DNA of 62,317 nt, filler included, from a bacterium (GTDB lineage Bacteria; UBP15; UBA6099; JAJRTR01): assembly GCA_024278215.1 (NCBI GenBank). It is 3 parts of 3 records of this genome, joined end to end, with 100 filler letters (N's around TTAATTAATTAA, not from the genome) between each part and the next. Parts side by side here need not be neighbours in the genome. Positions count along the whole stretch, not along the records: positions 25,683 to 56,763 come from JAJRTR010000012.1; positions 56,864 to 62,317 come from JAJRTR010000032.1; 1 more part is not named here. One strand, 5' to 3'. Position 1 is the first letter of the stretch, and each line of letters starts with the position of its first letter. The notes beneath the pieces were generated by a model that was not told the DNA's origin, did not search any database, and saw only the letters and a program-made list of their open reading frames with translations. A program made the translations under genes and the position numbers. Positions 48,950 through 58,983 of this stretch are shown piece by piece.

Positions 48950-49866
48950 AGATCGCCATTGTCGACATCGGAACAAATACATGCCGCCTCGCAGTTTTTC
49001 AACTCGGGCAGGACGTTCGCCATGAATTGATTATCGAAAGAAATGTCATTACCAGGCTTGGGGAAGGCCTGTCACCGGGCAGTGCCCTGAAACACGAAGC
49101 TGTTGGCAGAACGATTGAAACCCTGCAAAGTTTCAAGAACGAAATAGATGAAATCGGATGCACCGGAGTTGTCGCCGTCGGTACGCAGGCGCTGCGCGAA
49201 GCGGCAAACGGCAACGAGTTCCTGCGTGCCGTGTCCGGGGTCGGTTTTGATGTCGAAGTGATTACAGGCGAGGAAGAAGCGATGCTGTCGTTCCGGGGCG
49301 TAGTGTCGGGACTCGAGACAATGCCGGCGCGCCTTCTCGTTTTCGATACAGGCGGCGGCAGCACGGAATTCACCAGTTATGCCGGCGGTATCGTATCTGT
49401 GAGCAGTGTAAAGCTGGGCGCGGTTCGAGGCCGAACGGAATTCTTTCATCACGATCCTCCGACCGCCGAAGAATTATCCGAATTTGAAAAACATTGCGAG
49501 CAAGTAATTCAACATTATGTCGCGAAGGAAACAGGCGATGTTGTCGATAAATGTATCGGTGTCGCGGGCACGATCACAACACTTGCGATGATCGACCTGG
49601 GCCTACCCGCGTACGACTCGGAAGCTGTCCACGGGCACATAATCAGCGCGGAAAATACAGACCGCCTGACCGATGAATTATGCAGGATGGACGACAGGCA
49701 AAGGAGTGCGATTCCCGGTATCCAGCCGTGCCGCGCCGACATCATTCATGCGGGTGCCGTCATTGTCAGGGCAATAATAAATGTGTTTCAGTTGAATGAA
49801 ATATCGATATCCGAGCGCGACATACGGCATGGACTGCTCATGCGCGAGATCGAAAAATTGAAGTAA
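48946..49866 (+). CDS. Ppx/GppA-family phosphatase
   Basis: VDIGTNTCRL, GTQALREAANG, ITGEEEA, DTGGGSTE, RADII. Confidence 0.92.
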   Translation: MKIAIVDIGTNTCRLAVFQLGQDVRHELIIERNVITRLGEGLSPGSALKHEAVGRTIETLQSFKNEIDEIGCTGVVAVGTQALREAANGNEFLRAVSGVGFDVEVITGEEEAMLSFRGVVSGLETMPARLLVFDTGGGSTEFTSYAGGIVSVSSVKLGAVRGRTEFFHHDPPTAEELSEFEKHCEQVIQHYVAKETGDVVDKCIGVAGTITTLAMIDLGLPAYDSEAVHGHIISAENTDRLTDELCRMDDRQRSAIPGIQPCRADIIHAGAVIVRAIINVFQLNEISISERDIRHGLLMREIEKLK

Positions 49867-50199
49867 TAATTTTAGATAGTCCGAATACTAACATCACTTT
49901 TAAAATCATTTTGGAACATATTCTATTATTTACTGTCTGAAGTTTGAAGATGATCTTTTATTGTGGTATCTGCTATGTGTTATAATCGGATTTGTGGTGA
50001 ACATTGCGTAGTGGCGTAAAAGGGCGAAACTTGTAAACAGGGCGTTATTCGTAATATAATCGAAACCGCGAAAAGATCACCATATAGGGAACGACGAAAT
50101 AAGATTTCGGGGGACTGTTCACGGGGGACATTGAAAATAATGCGTAAACACCTGACGATTCTTCGCTTCGCGCATAATGACAACTCGTGGATTTTGAGT

Positions 50200-50325
50200 T
50201 TAACGGCACTATCAGAAAATCCTGGAATGCAAAAACGTCAGTTTTTGCGAAATGCGACTTCTTCATAGTTGCAACGACACAGTCGTTGCATTCCAGAAAT
50301 TTCAGAGGTTCCATTGCGAACAGTT
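50200..50325. repeat. 126-bp structured repeat, family D, second copy (inverted)
   Basis: Reverse complement of 36018-36143. Confidence 0.85.
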
Positions 50326-50446
50326 ACCTGTGAACGGATACGATTTCGGATAGGGGAATATATGCACGAAGGAAACAGATTTGTGTATGGCATGTTATAG
50401 TTGGTTTTTAGTATTGTGTAAAATCGTAAAAACAGTATGACAGGGG

Positions 50447-51406
50447 TTGCAAATGATTGAAGTCGGCAATGTAACGAAGCTGTACGGTACGCTCCGTGCG
50501 GTCAACGGGGTTGATTTCAAGGTGAAGAGAGGCGAAGTGCTCGGGTTGCTGGGACCGAACGCCGCGGGAAAAACCACGCTCATGAGGATAATGACGGGTT
50601 ATCTTCCTGCGACGGAGGGCACGGTGAAGATCGGTGGAAAAGATGTGTTCGACCAGCCGCTCGAAGCGAAGAAAAACATCGGCTACCTGCCTGAGAATCC
50701 GCCGCTGTACCCGGAGATGTCCGTGAAAATGTATCTTGGTTTCACTGCGGAAATCAGGGGTGTGCCACGTGGCGAGCGCAGGCAACGGGTAGCCGAAGTG
50801 ATTGAGATGACAGGGCTGGGCGATGTACGGGACAGGCTCATTGATAACATCTCGAAGGGTTACAGGCAGAGGGTAGGCCTTGCGCAGGCGCTTGTGCACG
50901 ACCCGGATGTTCTCATTCTCGACGAACCCACCGTCGGGCTCGACCCGCGTCAGATTATCGACATACGCAACCTGATAAAAAGCCAGGCCGGAAAGCGAAC
51001 GATTGTGCTCAGTTCACACATATTGCCCGAGGTGAGCGCGACTTGCGACCGAATAGTGATACTTAACCGGGGCAATGTCGTTGCCGTCGACACGCAGGAC
51101 GAACTCACCCGGCGTGCGAGCGGCGGCGAACATCTTCGCGTCGAGATCGGCGGGTGCACGGCATCGGATGCAGCGGAGGAGATCGAGGGGATCGAAGGCG
51201 TCGTAAAGGTGGAGACGGCGGGTGGCGCGGGCGACGCGGCAAAGCTGGATGTTATGACGGCCCAGGGCGCAGATGTGCGCGAAGCAGTTTTTAAAAAGGT
51301 GGTCGAGAAAGAATGGATACTCCTCGAGATGTCGCGGGCGGGCATGAGCCTCGAGGATGTGTTTCTGCAACTGACTACCACCGAGGAGGTGGCGCACAAT
51401 GGGTAA
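50447..51406 (+). CDS. ABC transporter ATP-binding protein (GldA-like)
   Basis: GPNAAGKTT, ISKGYRQRVGLAQAL, ILDEPT, SSH. Confidence 0.93.
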   Translation: MQMIEVGNVTKLYGTLRAVNGVDFKVKRGEVLGLLGPNAAGKTTLMRIMTGYLPATEGTVKIGGKDVFDQPLEAKKNIGYLPENPPLYPEMSVKMYLGFTAEIRGVPRGERRQRVAEVIEMTGLGDVRDRLIDNISKGYRQRVGLAQALVHDPDVLILDEPTVGLDPRQIIDIRNLIKSQAGKRTIVLSSHILPEVSATCDRIVILNRGNVVAVDTQDELTRRASGGEHLRVEIGGCTASDAAEEIEGIEGVVKVETAGGAGDAAKLDVMTAQGADVREAVFKKVVEKEWILLEMSRAGMSLEDVFLQLTTTEEVAHNG

Positions 51407-52097
51407 GGCATACTCGGTTTTCAAGAAAGATTTTCGCGGCATGTTCCTCTCGCCGCTGGCTTATGTAGTTATCGCGGTGTTTTTTGCTTTCAACTCGCTG
51501 CTGATCATTCCCGGGATGCAGACTGCGGACATGCGGGGCGCTTTCGGGCTGATGGCGACGATGTTTATTTTCGTTATCCCGCTCCTTACAATGAGGGTTT
51601 TCTCGGAAGAGCTGAGGTCGGGCACAGACGAATTGCTCATGACTTCTCCGATAACACTGCCGCAGATCGTGATAGGAAAGTATCTGGCAGTGGTGGGGCT
51701 GATCGTGGTGATACTCGCGATCTCGCTCCAGTATGTATACATAATCGCAAAGTTCGGCAACCCGGACTGGGGGCCCATCGCAACAGGCTACATCGGCTTG
51801 TTTCTGCTGGGAAGCGCGTTCGCGGCGTTCGGCGTCTTCGCGTCGTCGCTGACAAAAAACCAGATAGTCGCCGGAGTTCTGGCGCTGATCGTGTCGCTGC
51901 TGCTTGTGGTGATCGAGGTGGTGTCGTCGATGGTGGGTCCGAAAGCAGCCGACATCCTCGATAAAATCGGGATTATCAATCACTATTACGATTTTGATAA
52001 AGGTGTAATCGATTCAACGCATATCATTTATTATATCGGATTCATTGTACTGTTTCTTTTCCTGACTGTAAGAAGTCTTGATTCGAGACGGTGGTGA
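51399..52097 (+). CDS. ABC-2 permease (GldF-like)
   Basis: PLLTMRVFSEELRSGTDELLMTSP, SSLTKNQIVA, FDKGVID; six TM helices. Confidence 0.9.
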   Translation: MGKAYSVFKKDFRGMFLSPLAYVVIAVFFAFNSLLIIPGMQTADMRGAFGLMATMFIFVIPLLTMRVFSEELRSGTDELLMTSPITLPQIVIGKYLAVVGLIVVILAISLQYVYIIAKFGNPDWGPIATGYIGLFLLGSAFAAFGVFASSLTKNQIVAGVLALIVSLLLVVIEVVSSMVGPKAADILDKIGIINHYYDFDKGVIDSTHIIYYIGFIVLFLFLTVRSLDSRRW

Positions 52098-52110
52098 GGA
52101 GGCGGCACAG

Positions 52111-53574
52111 ATGAAACGAAAAGCGATAAGCGGAATAAATTCATTCCTGATGATAATAATAGTTGCAGGCATAGTGTCGGCGCTGTATTACATCGCCGAC
52201 AGGCACCCCCTGAGATATGATTTTACGAGCAATAAAACACAAACTCTCTCCAACAAAACAATAAAAGTGCTCGGAGGGCTGGACCGGAATATTGAAATAA
52301 TCGGTTTCCTCGAAAACGGCAGCATGCCCGCCGAAATGATAGAAGACCTGCTGAAGGAATATCGCAGGCGGACGGATAAAATTAGTTTTACTACAGTTGA
52401 TCCGACGGCGAAACCCGGCGAAGCGCAGAAATACGGCATCACTGAATTCGGCGTCGTTCTGAAATCCGGTGACAATAAGAAATTTATTAAGTTGAAGGAA
52501 ATGTTCGAGACATCACAGAATCCGTACTCGCAGGAGCCGCCGAAATTCTTTGGCGAACAGGCGATCACGAACGCACTCATTTCCATCACCGGAAAGGACA
52601 AACGCCGTGTGTGCTTCATCGAGGGACACGGCGAGCGCGACTTCAACGCTAAGGACGAGAGCGGATACTCGGGTATCAAAGACCTGCTCGAAGGCGAAAA
52701 CTACGAGGTGGCGCCGCTTAACCTCATGACAGAGAAAAATGTACCCGCCACATGCAGTATTATCGCGACGATCGGGCCGGCAAAACCTTTGAGCGGCGAT
52801 GAAATAGAAACCGTCAGGCAGTATTTGAACAAAGGCGGTGCCGGGTTGTTCCTGCTGGATGCTATGAAACAATCAGGACTCGAACCCCTGCTCCACGATT
52901 GGGGCGTCAGGGTCGACAACGACCTTGTTATCGACCCGGAAAGGTACTATGGCAACGACCCGCTTTCGCCTGTGCCCTACATGAAGCCTCACAAGATAAC
53001 AGCTGAACTCATGAGCACAAAGTTGACAATCAGCCTCTTCTATGCGCGGAGTATCACCCCGATTGAGGACGATAAAACACAGACCGATGTGGAAACACTC
53101 CTCGAGACGTCCGATCGAGGCTGGGGTGAGACAAACGTAACGGATGAAAACGCGAAATATGACCGGGGCGAAGACGTGAAGGGGCCGGTCTCGGTTGCAG
53201 TTGCGGTTACGGGACGTGCAACGCCGGACAACGACGATAGTGAGCCCGGAGAAAAATCACAGGCGTTGGACAGGCAAACCAGACTTATAGTGATCGGCGA
53301 CGCTGATTTCGCGTCCAATGCCTTTGTATACCAGTCGGGTCTGGTCAAAGCGCTGGCAGGCGGCGCGGGCAATACTGACTTCCTTATGAACTCGATCAAC
53401 TGGCTTGCAGGCGAAGAAGAACTGATCTCAATAAGGCCGAAACCGACTGATATCCGTCCGATGAATATCACGGGCGACCAGATAAGTAAGTTTACAATAT
53501 TATTCGCGGGGGTCGTTCCGTTTTTGATCATAATATTCGGTGTTGTGATCTGGTACAGGAGGCGGTCGCTTTGA
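52111..53574 (+). CDS. GldG-family ABC auxiliary component
   Basis: YDFTSNKTQTLS, GEQAITNAL, FIEGHGE, VIGDADFASN, NSINWL; TM helix at each end; GAGGAGG RBS. Confidence 0.88.
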   Translation: MKRKAISGINSFLMIIIVAGIVSALYYIADRHPLRYDFTSNKTQTLSNKTIKVLGGLDRNIEIIGFLENGSMPAEMIEDLLKEYRRRTDKISFTTVDPTAKPGEAQKYGITEFGVVLKSGDNKKFIKLKEMFETSQNPYSQEPPKFFGEQAITNALISITGKDKRRVCFIEGHGERDFNAKDESGYSGIKDLLEGENYEVAPLNLMTEKNVPATCSIIATIGPAKPLSGDEIETVRQYLNKGGAGLFLLDAMKQSGLEPLLHDWGVRVDNDLVIDPERYYGNDPLSPVPYMKPHKITAELMSTKLTISLFYARSITPIEDDKTQTDVETLLETSDRGWGETNVTDENAKYDRGEDVKGPVSVAVAVTGRATPDNDDSEPGEKSQALDRQTRLIVIGDADFASNAFVYQSGLVKALAGGAGNTDFLMNSINWLAGEEELISIRPKPTDIRPMNITGDQISKFTILFAGVVPFLIIIFGVVIWYRRRSL

Positions 53575-54602
53575 AGAAGTTCATCCCGACACTCGCGCTG
53601 CTGTCGGTCCTTTGCGGATTGATGGCCTATGCGTATTTTTACGAGAGAGAACCAGTCAGGGACAAAGACAAAAAGGACGTGGTCGTGGTTCAGAAACTCG
53701 ATCCGGATTCCGTCGAGCGTATTGAAATCGACGAAGGTTACAATATGATAACGCTCGAAAAAGTCGACGGGAAATGGAGACTTACCGTGCCCTATGATTC
53801 GGCAACAGCTGATATTCCGGCGAAAAACCTTGTGGATGCGGTAACCAAACTCAAAGCGGAGACAAAACTCGATGATGTGAGTTCGCTCGCTGATTTCGGA
53901 CTGACTGAACCGGAAAGAAAAATCACGGCATTCCTCAAAAGCGGTGGGAAAGAGCAGCTTATCATCGGCGGCAAATCTCCTGTGGGCAATAAGCGATATG
54001 TTATGAAAAACGGAGCAGGAGCAGTCTATGTTGTCGACAGTTTCAATGTTAATCCACTTATGAAAAGCGCGTTCGATCTGCGCGACAAAAGTGTGGTCGA
54101 CGACTTTGACCGTGATAACGTCACGACAGTTGTTGTGATGACACCCGATAAGGATACTGTGTGCGCACGCAACGCCGACGAAAAGAAAGAAAATGAGGAT
54201 TCGCACGCGACTGGAACGGTCGACGCATCCGCCACGGCCACCGCTGATACGGGTGCCAGGAAAGACGAAAATGAAAAACAGCCAAAATGGAGTTTCATCA
54301 ACAGGCCGGGCACAAACTGCGAGTCCGAAGCAAACGCCATAATGAGCTGGCTCGATTATGCGGAAGCAAAGGGTTTCGAGGATGAGGAATACCCGCCGCT
54401 CATTGATTTCGGCCTTGTCTCACCGAGATACAAACTCATCTTATGGATGAAGGATAATTCAGAGATAAAACTGGAAGTCGGCAACTTTGTGGGTAGCGAA
54501 GTGTATGTGCGCAATGCGAACAGGGATAAAGTATACAAGGTCGAGCGCGCGCTGACTGAAAAGATCGAAGCGCTGAAACTGGCGGAATCCAAGTTGCATT
54601 AG
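53571..54602 (+). CDS. DUF4340-like protein, fourth gene of the GldAFG-like operon
   Basis: N-terminal anchor; duplicated KW...DFGL..P...G...YV module. Confidence 0.75.
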   Translation: MKKFIPTLALLSVLCGLMAYAYFYEREPVRDKDKKDVVVVQKLDPDSVERIEIDEGYNMITLEKVDGKWRLTVPYDSATADIPAKNLVDAVTKLKAETKLDDVSSLADFGLTEPERKITAFLKSGGKEQLIIGGKSPVGNKRYVMKNGAGAVYVVDSFNVNPLMKSAFDLRDKSVVDDFDRDNVTTVVVMTPDKDTVCARNADEKKENEDSHATGTVDASATATADTGARKDENEKQPKWSFINRPGTNCESEANAIMSWLDYAEAKGFEDEEYPPLIDFGLVSPRYKLILWMKDNSEIKLEVGNFVGSEVYVRNANRDKVYKVERALTEKIEALKLAESKLH

Positions 54603-54674
54603 CCCGCTCACTTGTCTTCCGGAAACCCCCAGTGTGCGGCGATGGCATGTAGAAAAGGTATCATCGGCCAGACG

Positions 54675-55349
54675 TCATCCACTGACAAATATATCAATAA
54701 ACCGCCTGATAAAATCCGCACCCGCGAAATTGTCGAGTTCACTGTCGGCAATGACATTCCAGTCGGGGTCGACTTTTTTTATGCCTGCATCTACTTCGGG
54801 ATGGAACTGCACACCATAGATCGGCAACTGCCTGTGCTTCATAGCTTGAATGGGACAATCGGGAGTGGAGCCTGCAACCACAAATCCCGGCGGCGCTTCC
54901 GCCACCTGCACAGAATGCGCCAGCGGCATCCTCACAGTCGGCGCGAACACGTCAAACAACGGATCACCCCCGACGCGTATCTCCACATCCTGCATCTCGA
55001 CAACATAACGACCTGTGTGTTCGAGCTTTCCGCCCAGTGCCGAAGCCAGCGCCTCGTGTGCAAAACATATCGCGAGCACGGGCAGTCCCGCCTCCGGCCA
55101 TGCACGCAGGAACTGCTCGAAATCCCTGATCCATTCATCATCATCAAGCGGAGAACTCAGCGAACCCGGCGCAATGGCGGCGGCAATACTTTGTTTCCGC
55201 GTCCACTCGACCGGCTGATCCGGCAACTCGTCTCTTGTCGCGTCAAGAACCACATATTCGTATCCGCTACCGAGAATCGTCTCGATTCGTCGATTGCAGT
55301 ATGCTCCGATGTCGTTGCCAAGACTGTCGATAATAAGTATTCTTTTCAT
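54675..55349 (-). CDS. Class I glutamine amidotransferase-like protein
   Basis: PVLAICFAHE nucleophile elbow and GVQFHPE, giving a Cys-His-Glu triad. Confidence 0.88.
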   Translation of the reverse strand: MKRILIIDSLGNDIGAYCNRRIETILGSGYEYVVLDATRDELPDQPVEWTRKQSIAAAIAPGSLSSPLDDDEWIRDFEQFLRAWPEAGLPVLAICFAHEALASALGGKLEHTGRYVVEMQDVEIRVGGDPLFDVFAPTVRMPLAHSVQVAEAPPGFVVAGSTPDCPIQAMKHRQLPIYGVQFHPEVDAGIKKVDPDWNVIADSELDNFAGADFIRRFIDIFVSG

Positions 55350-55518
55350 TTTTCAGGTCTCCCGCATGATCATAATAACTGAACCGATTATTACAAAAAC
55401 ACCCGCACTGTAACTATCATTTGCCCTGTCATTTTTTTTAATCTAAAGTATAGTATTACTGAATGAGCAGCGCGAGAAGTGAAGCGTGTAACATAAAAAA
55501 TACAGGAGTTCACAAAAA

Positions 55519-56763
55519 ATGAAAAGATACGCATTGATCATGTTGGTTATTACCATATTCGCCGTATCAGCGACACACGCATACGCGCAGAACGACGCCT
55601 TTTACAATAAAGATTTCGAGCGCATCGACAGTGTTCCGCTCGACGCTCTGTTCGGCTATGACAGGAACCTTCCTTTCAACCTGGAGAAAAAAGTCAAGCG
55701 CGAGACTGCGCTCACCATTACTTATGACATCCATTATGACAGCGCAAACAATGAGCGTGTGCCAGCCATACTGACCGTGCCGAAGAAAAAGGGACCGCAC
55801 CCGGTAATCATTTTCATGCACGGGCACGGCATGAAAAAAGATATGGGCAAAACCGCCGATGTTCTCATCGCTCAGAAGGGATACGCTCTTTTTGCCATCG
55901 ACGCGCAGTACAGGAATGAAAGGAAACGCGAGGGGCACGATATTATTTCCAAATATATCTACTCCAGCCGCGACGCTTTTATCCAGACCGTTATCGACAA
56001 CATGCGCGGCATCGACTACCTCGAAACCCTGGACGAGATCGACAGTGACCGGATAGGGATAATGGGACTTAGCATGGGCTCGTTCATTGGCTCGGTTCTC
56101 TTCTCTCTCGACGACCGCATACGTGTCGGCGCGTTCGGTGTGGGCGGCGCAAACTGGATGAAGGTAGGCGAAAAAAGCATATTCGGTCCGCTCTACAGCC
56201 TGAAAATGTCGGGCAAACCGCTCGAAGAAATCTTCAGCGTTTACAATTGCATCGACCCGCTGAACTATGTCTACCGGACGAAAGGAAGGCCGGTGCTTAT
56301 GATCAACGGAAGGCTCGACGAACTTGTTCCGTCCGAAGCGGCCCTGGCCCTGTACCACGGATTCGGCGAGCCAAAACAGATAACGTGGTTCGACGGCGGG
56401 CATGTTCCCTCGATGGACACGATCTTCGGACTCGTCGATGATATGTTCGCCTATTTTAATAAGTATCTGAAGCGCAAAGAATATCACCCGCCCTGGGCAA
56501 GGGACGAATCGAAGAACATGCCACCGAAGGTTTCAGACTTCGAGGTGAGCGTAGACGGCGAAGCCCGGCAGAACAAATTGATAAAGTTCAGCGTCAAGGC
56601 CGAGGACCCCAACAGAGACATAATATTTGTAAAGGTGTGGCTCGACTGCGGCAACGATATGGCGTTGCTTTATGATGACGGAAAAAACGGCGGCGACAAA
56701 GTTAAAAAGGACGGCGTCTATACAGGTAGATACAGGATTTATGAAAAAGCCGCGCTTGGCAAA
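55519..56763 (+). CDS. Exported alpha/beta hydrolase (esterase-like) with a C-terminal beta domain; 3'-truncated by the gap
   Basis: Signal peptide; FMHGHG, GLSMG, DELV, GGH; tail LYDDGKNGGDKVKKDGVYTG. Confidence 0.85.
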
Positions 56764-56863
56764 NNNNNNNNNNNNNNNNNNNNNNNNNNNNNNNNNNNNN
56801 NNNNNNNTTAATTAATTAANNNNNNNNNNNNNNNNNNNNNNNNNNNNNNNNNNNNNNNNNNNN
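56764..56863. other. Artificial contig linker / assembly gap
   Basis: N-run, TTAATTAATTAA, N-run. Confidence 0.98.
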
Positions 56864-56882
56864 AAGAAACGGGGGAAACTGC

Positions 56883-58250
56883 ATGAAAGCCAGAATACTT
56901 GTGGTGGACGACGAAAAGGAAATGTGCTGGGCCATCAGGAAAAACCTAGAGCGTGTCGGCTACGAAGTCCGCGAAGCAAACTCTGGGACAGCGGCACTGG
57001 AACAAATTGCACGGGAAACATTCCACATGGTCATCCTCGATTACAGGATGCCCGGCATCGACGGTCTCGATACGCTGACCGGAATAAAACAGATGGGCAG
57101 CGATGCCCCACATGTTATTTTCATGACGGCCTACGGCGACGACGAACTCGCCATGCAAAGCCTCGAAATGGGGGCCGACGACTTCCTCCATAAACCCTTC
57201 GATATGAAAAATCTCCTGTTCCGTGTCAGGAAACTACTCAAACTTCACATACTCACTACCGAAATAGAAACTATCCGAAATAACCTTCGCGCCTCGAAGG
57301 AAAGCATCCTCGCCGGCTGTGACGAAATGAAAAGTATCGTCTCCACCCTGGACAAAATCGCCGCCTCGGACGGCCCCGTTCTGATTCAGGGCGAAACCGG
57401 CACCGGGAAAGAAATCATCGCCCGTGCTATCTACAACAGCCCTGACAATCCGCGAAAAAACTTCGCCTTCATCATCGTCAACAGTGCCGCTCTGCCCGAT
57501 ACACTCATGGAAAGCGAACTGTTCGGCCACGCAAAAGGTGCTTTTACAGGTGCCATGTCCGCCAAACGCGGTCTCTTCGATGCCGCCGACGGCGGAACAC
57601 TATTCCTCGATGAAATCAGCAGCGCTACAATGGCGCTGCAATCAAAACTGCTTCGCGTGCTCGACTCCGGCGAGTTCATGCGCGTCGGCGACACCCGCGC
57701 CCGAAAAGTAGATGTTCGCATCATTACCGCAACCAACAAAGACCTTCGCCGTGAAGTGGCCGGGGGCAACTTCCGCGAAGACCTGTTTCACAGGCTGAAC
57801 GTCCTGAAAATAGCACTTCCACCACTTCACAAACGCGGCGACGACGCCAAACTGTTTATCGACTATTTTCTTGCCTACTTCAACAAGAAAACCGGTAAAA
57901 ATGTCGTTATCGAACAAAACGCAATCGAAAGACTCTGTGCCTACAACTGGCCGGGGAATGTGCGGGAACTCAAACACTGCATCGAACGCATGGTGCTGCT
58001 TGCCGACGGCGATAGAATCGCCATGCGCGATCTGCCCGAAAGAATGAAAGAAGAATCAGTAGCCGTCAGCGGCGGCAGTTTCACCGAGCAGAAAAATCGC
58101 GCAATCGCAACATTTGAAAGAAACTACTTTAAAACCATCATCAAAGATGCCGGGGGCAACGTCTCGAAAGCCGCCCGCAACGCCGATATGAACCGCGCCT
58201 ACCTCATCAAAAAACTCAAGGAGTACAACTTCGACCCCAAAGAGATGTAA
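56883..58250 (+). CDS. Sigma54-dependent response regulator (NtrC/AtoC family)
   Basis: Receiver domain (ILVVDDE, LDYRMP, KPF); GETGTGKE; GAFTGA; LFLDEI; WPGNVRELK; Fis-type HTH. Confidence 0.96.
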   Translation: MKARILVVDDEKEMCWAIRKNLERVGYEVREANSGTAALEQIARETFHMVILDYRMPGIDGLDTLTGIKQMGSDAPHVIFMTAYGDDELAMQSLEMGADDFLHKPFDMKNLLFRVRKLLKLHILTTEIETIRNNLRASKESILAGCDEMKSIVSTLDKIAASDGPVLIQGETGTGKEIIARAIYNSPDNPRKNFAFIIVNSAALPDTLMESELFGHAKGAFTGAMSAKRGLFDAADGGTLFLDEISSATMALQSKLLRVLDSGEFMRVGDTRARKVDVRIITATNKDLRREVAGGNFREDLFHRLNVLKIALPPLHKRGDDAKLFIDYFLAYFNKKTGKNVVIEQNAIERLCAYNWPGNVRELKHCIERMVLLADGDRIAMRDLPERMKEESVAVSGGSFTEQKNRAIATFERNYFKTIIKDAGGNVSKAARNADMNRAYLIKKLKEYNFDPKEM

Positions 58251-58340
58251 GATGGTGCAATCCACAAAAGCTGGCAAATATTGTCAGGTGCTATACCGTC
58301 TGTGAAAGCGAGTATTCCCTTTTTGTCAAATAAGAATACA

Positions 58341-58363
58341 CCGGATTTCTCACAAAGAAATCC
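58341..58363. repeat. REP-like palindrome, family E
   Basis: ccggatttctcacaaagaaatcc, identical to the core at 35990. Confidence 0.7.
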
Positions 58364-58641
58364 TGAAAACCGTGAGCCCCCCATTCTACTGCGTTGCGGT
58401 TTTAACCGCCCTGGAGTACGACAGCTTTTTGGGATTGCCCCTAAAGCAGGGTTTGAAAATATTATCGGGTGAAGTGGAAGTTTTATATAAAAACGCCCAT
58501 TATAAAGAGTCGAAATGTTGAAAGAAAGATATAAAGAGCGAAATGTTGAGGATATGCCGAATGTGATGTGGACAGGATTTGAATGATTGTGAAAAAAGGG
58601 GTTTTATGCTACAGTATTAGGCAAATTCATTAACATACAGG

Positions 58642-58983
58642 ATGCTGAGAATGAGCTTTGAACTAACGAGTGAGCAGAAAGAAAACAAGTTGCTGATAAA
58701 GCTTCACGGACGAATCGGCGGAGAAGCTTCAATCACGATGTATCAGGACATAAAGGCTCTCACAGAGAGTTACAAGAGACTCGATTTCGTGCTTGATTTC
58801 AAAGATGTGGATTTCATAGACAGTTCAGGACTGGGTTCGCTTGTTGCGATCAACTCGACACTGCTCAAACACGGGCGGGAACTGTACCTTGCTTCCATCC
58901 AGAACAACCTGAAGGGGCTTCTGAAGATAACAAATCTCGACAAGATATTAAAAATGGTAGATACGGCGGAAGATGCTTTTTGA
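58642..58983 (+). CDS. STAS-domain protein (anti-sigma factor antagonist)
   Basis: VLDFKDVDFIDSSGLGSLV...LLKITNLDKI. Confidence 0.92.
   Translation: MLRMSFELTSEQKENKLLIKLHGRIGGEASITMYQDIKALTESYKRLDFVLDFKDVDFIDSSGLGSLVAINSTLLKHGRELYLASIQNNLKGLLKITNLDKILKMVDTAEDAF

Noticed and set aside
50447-54602. GldAFG-like operon as evidence of gliding motility
   Set aside because: This four-gene ABC arrangement is widespread in non-gliding bacteria, and no gld/spr motor genes are in the window
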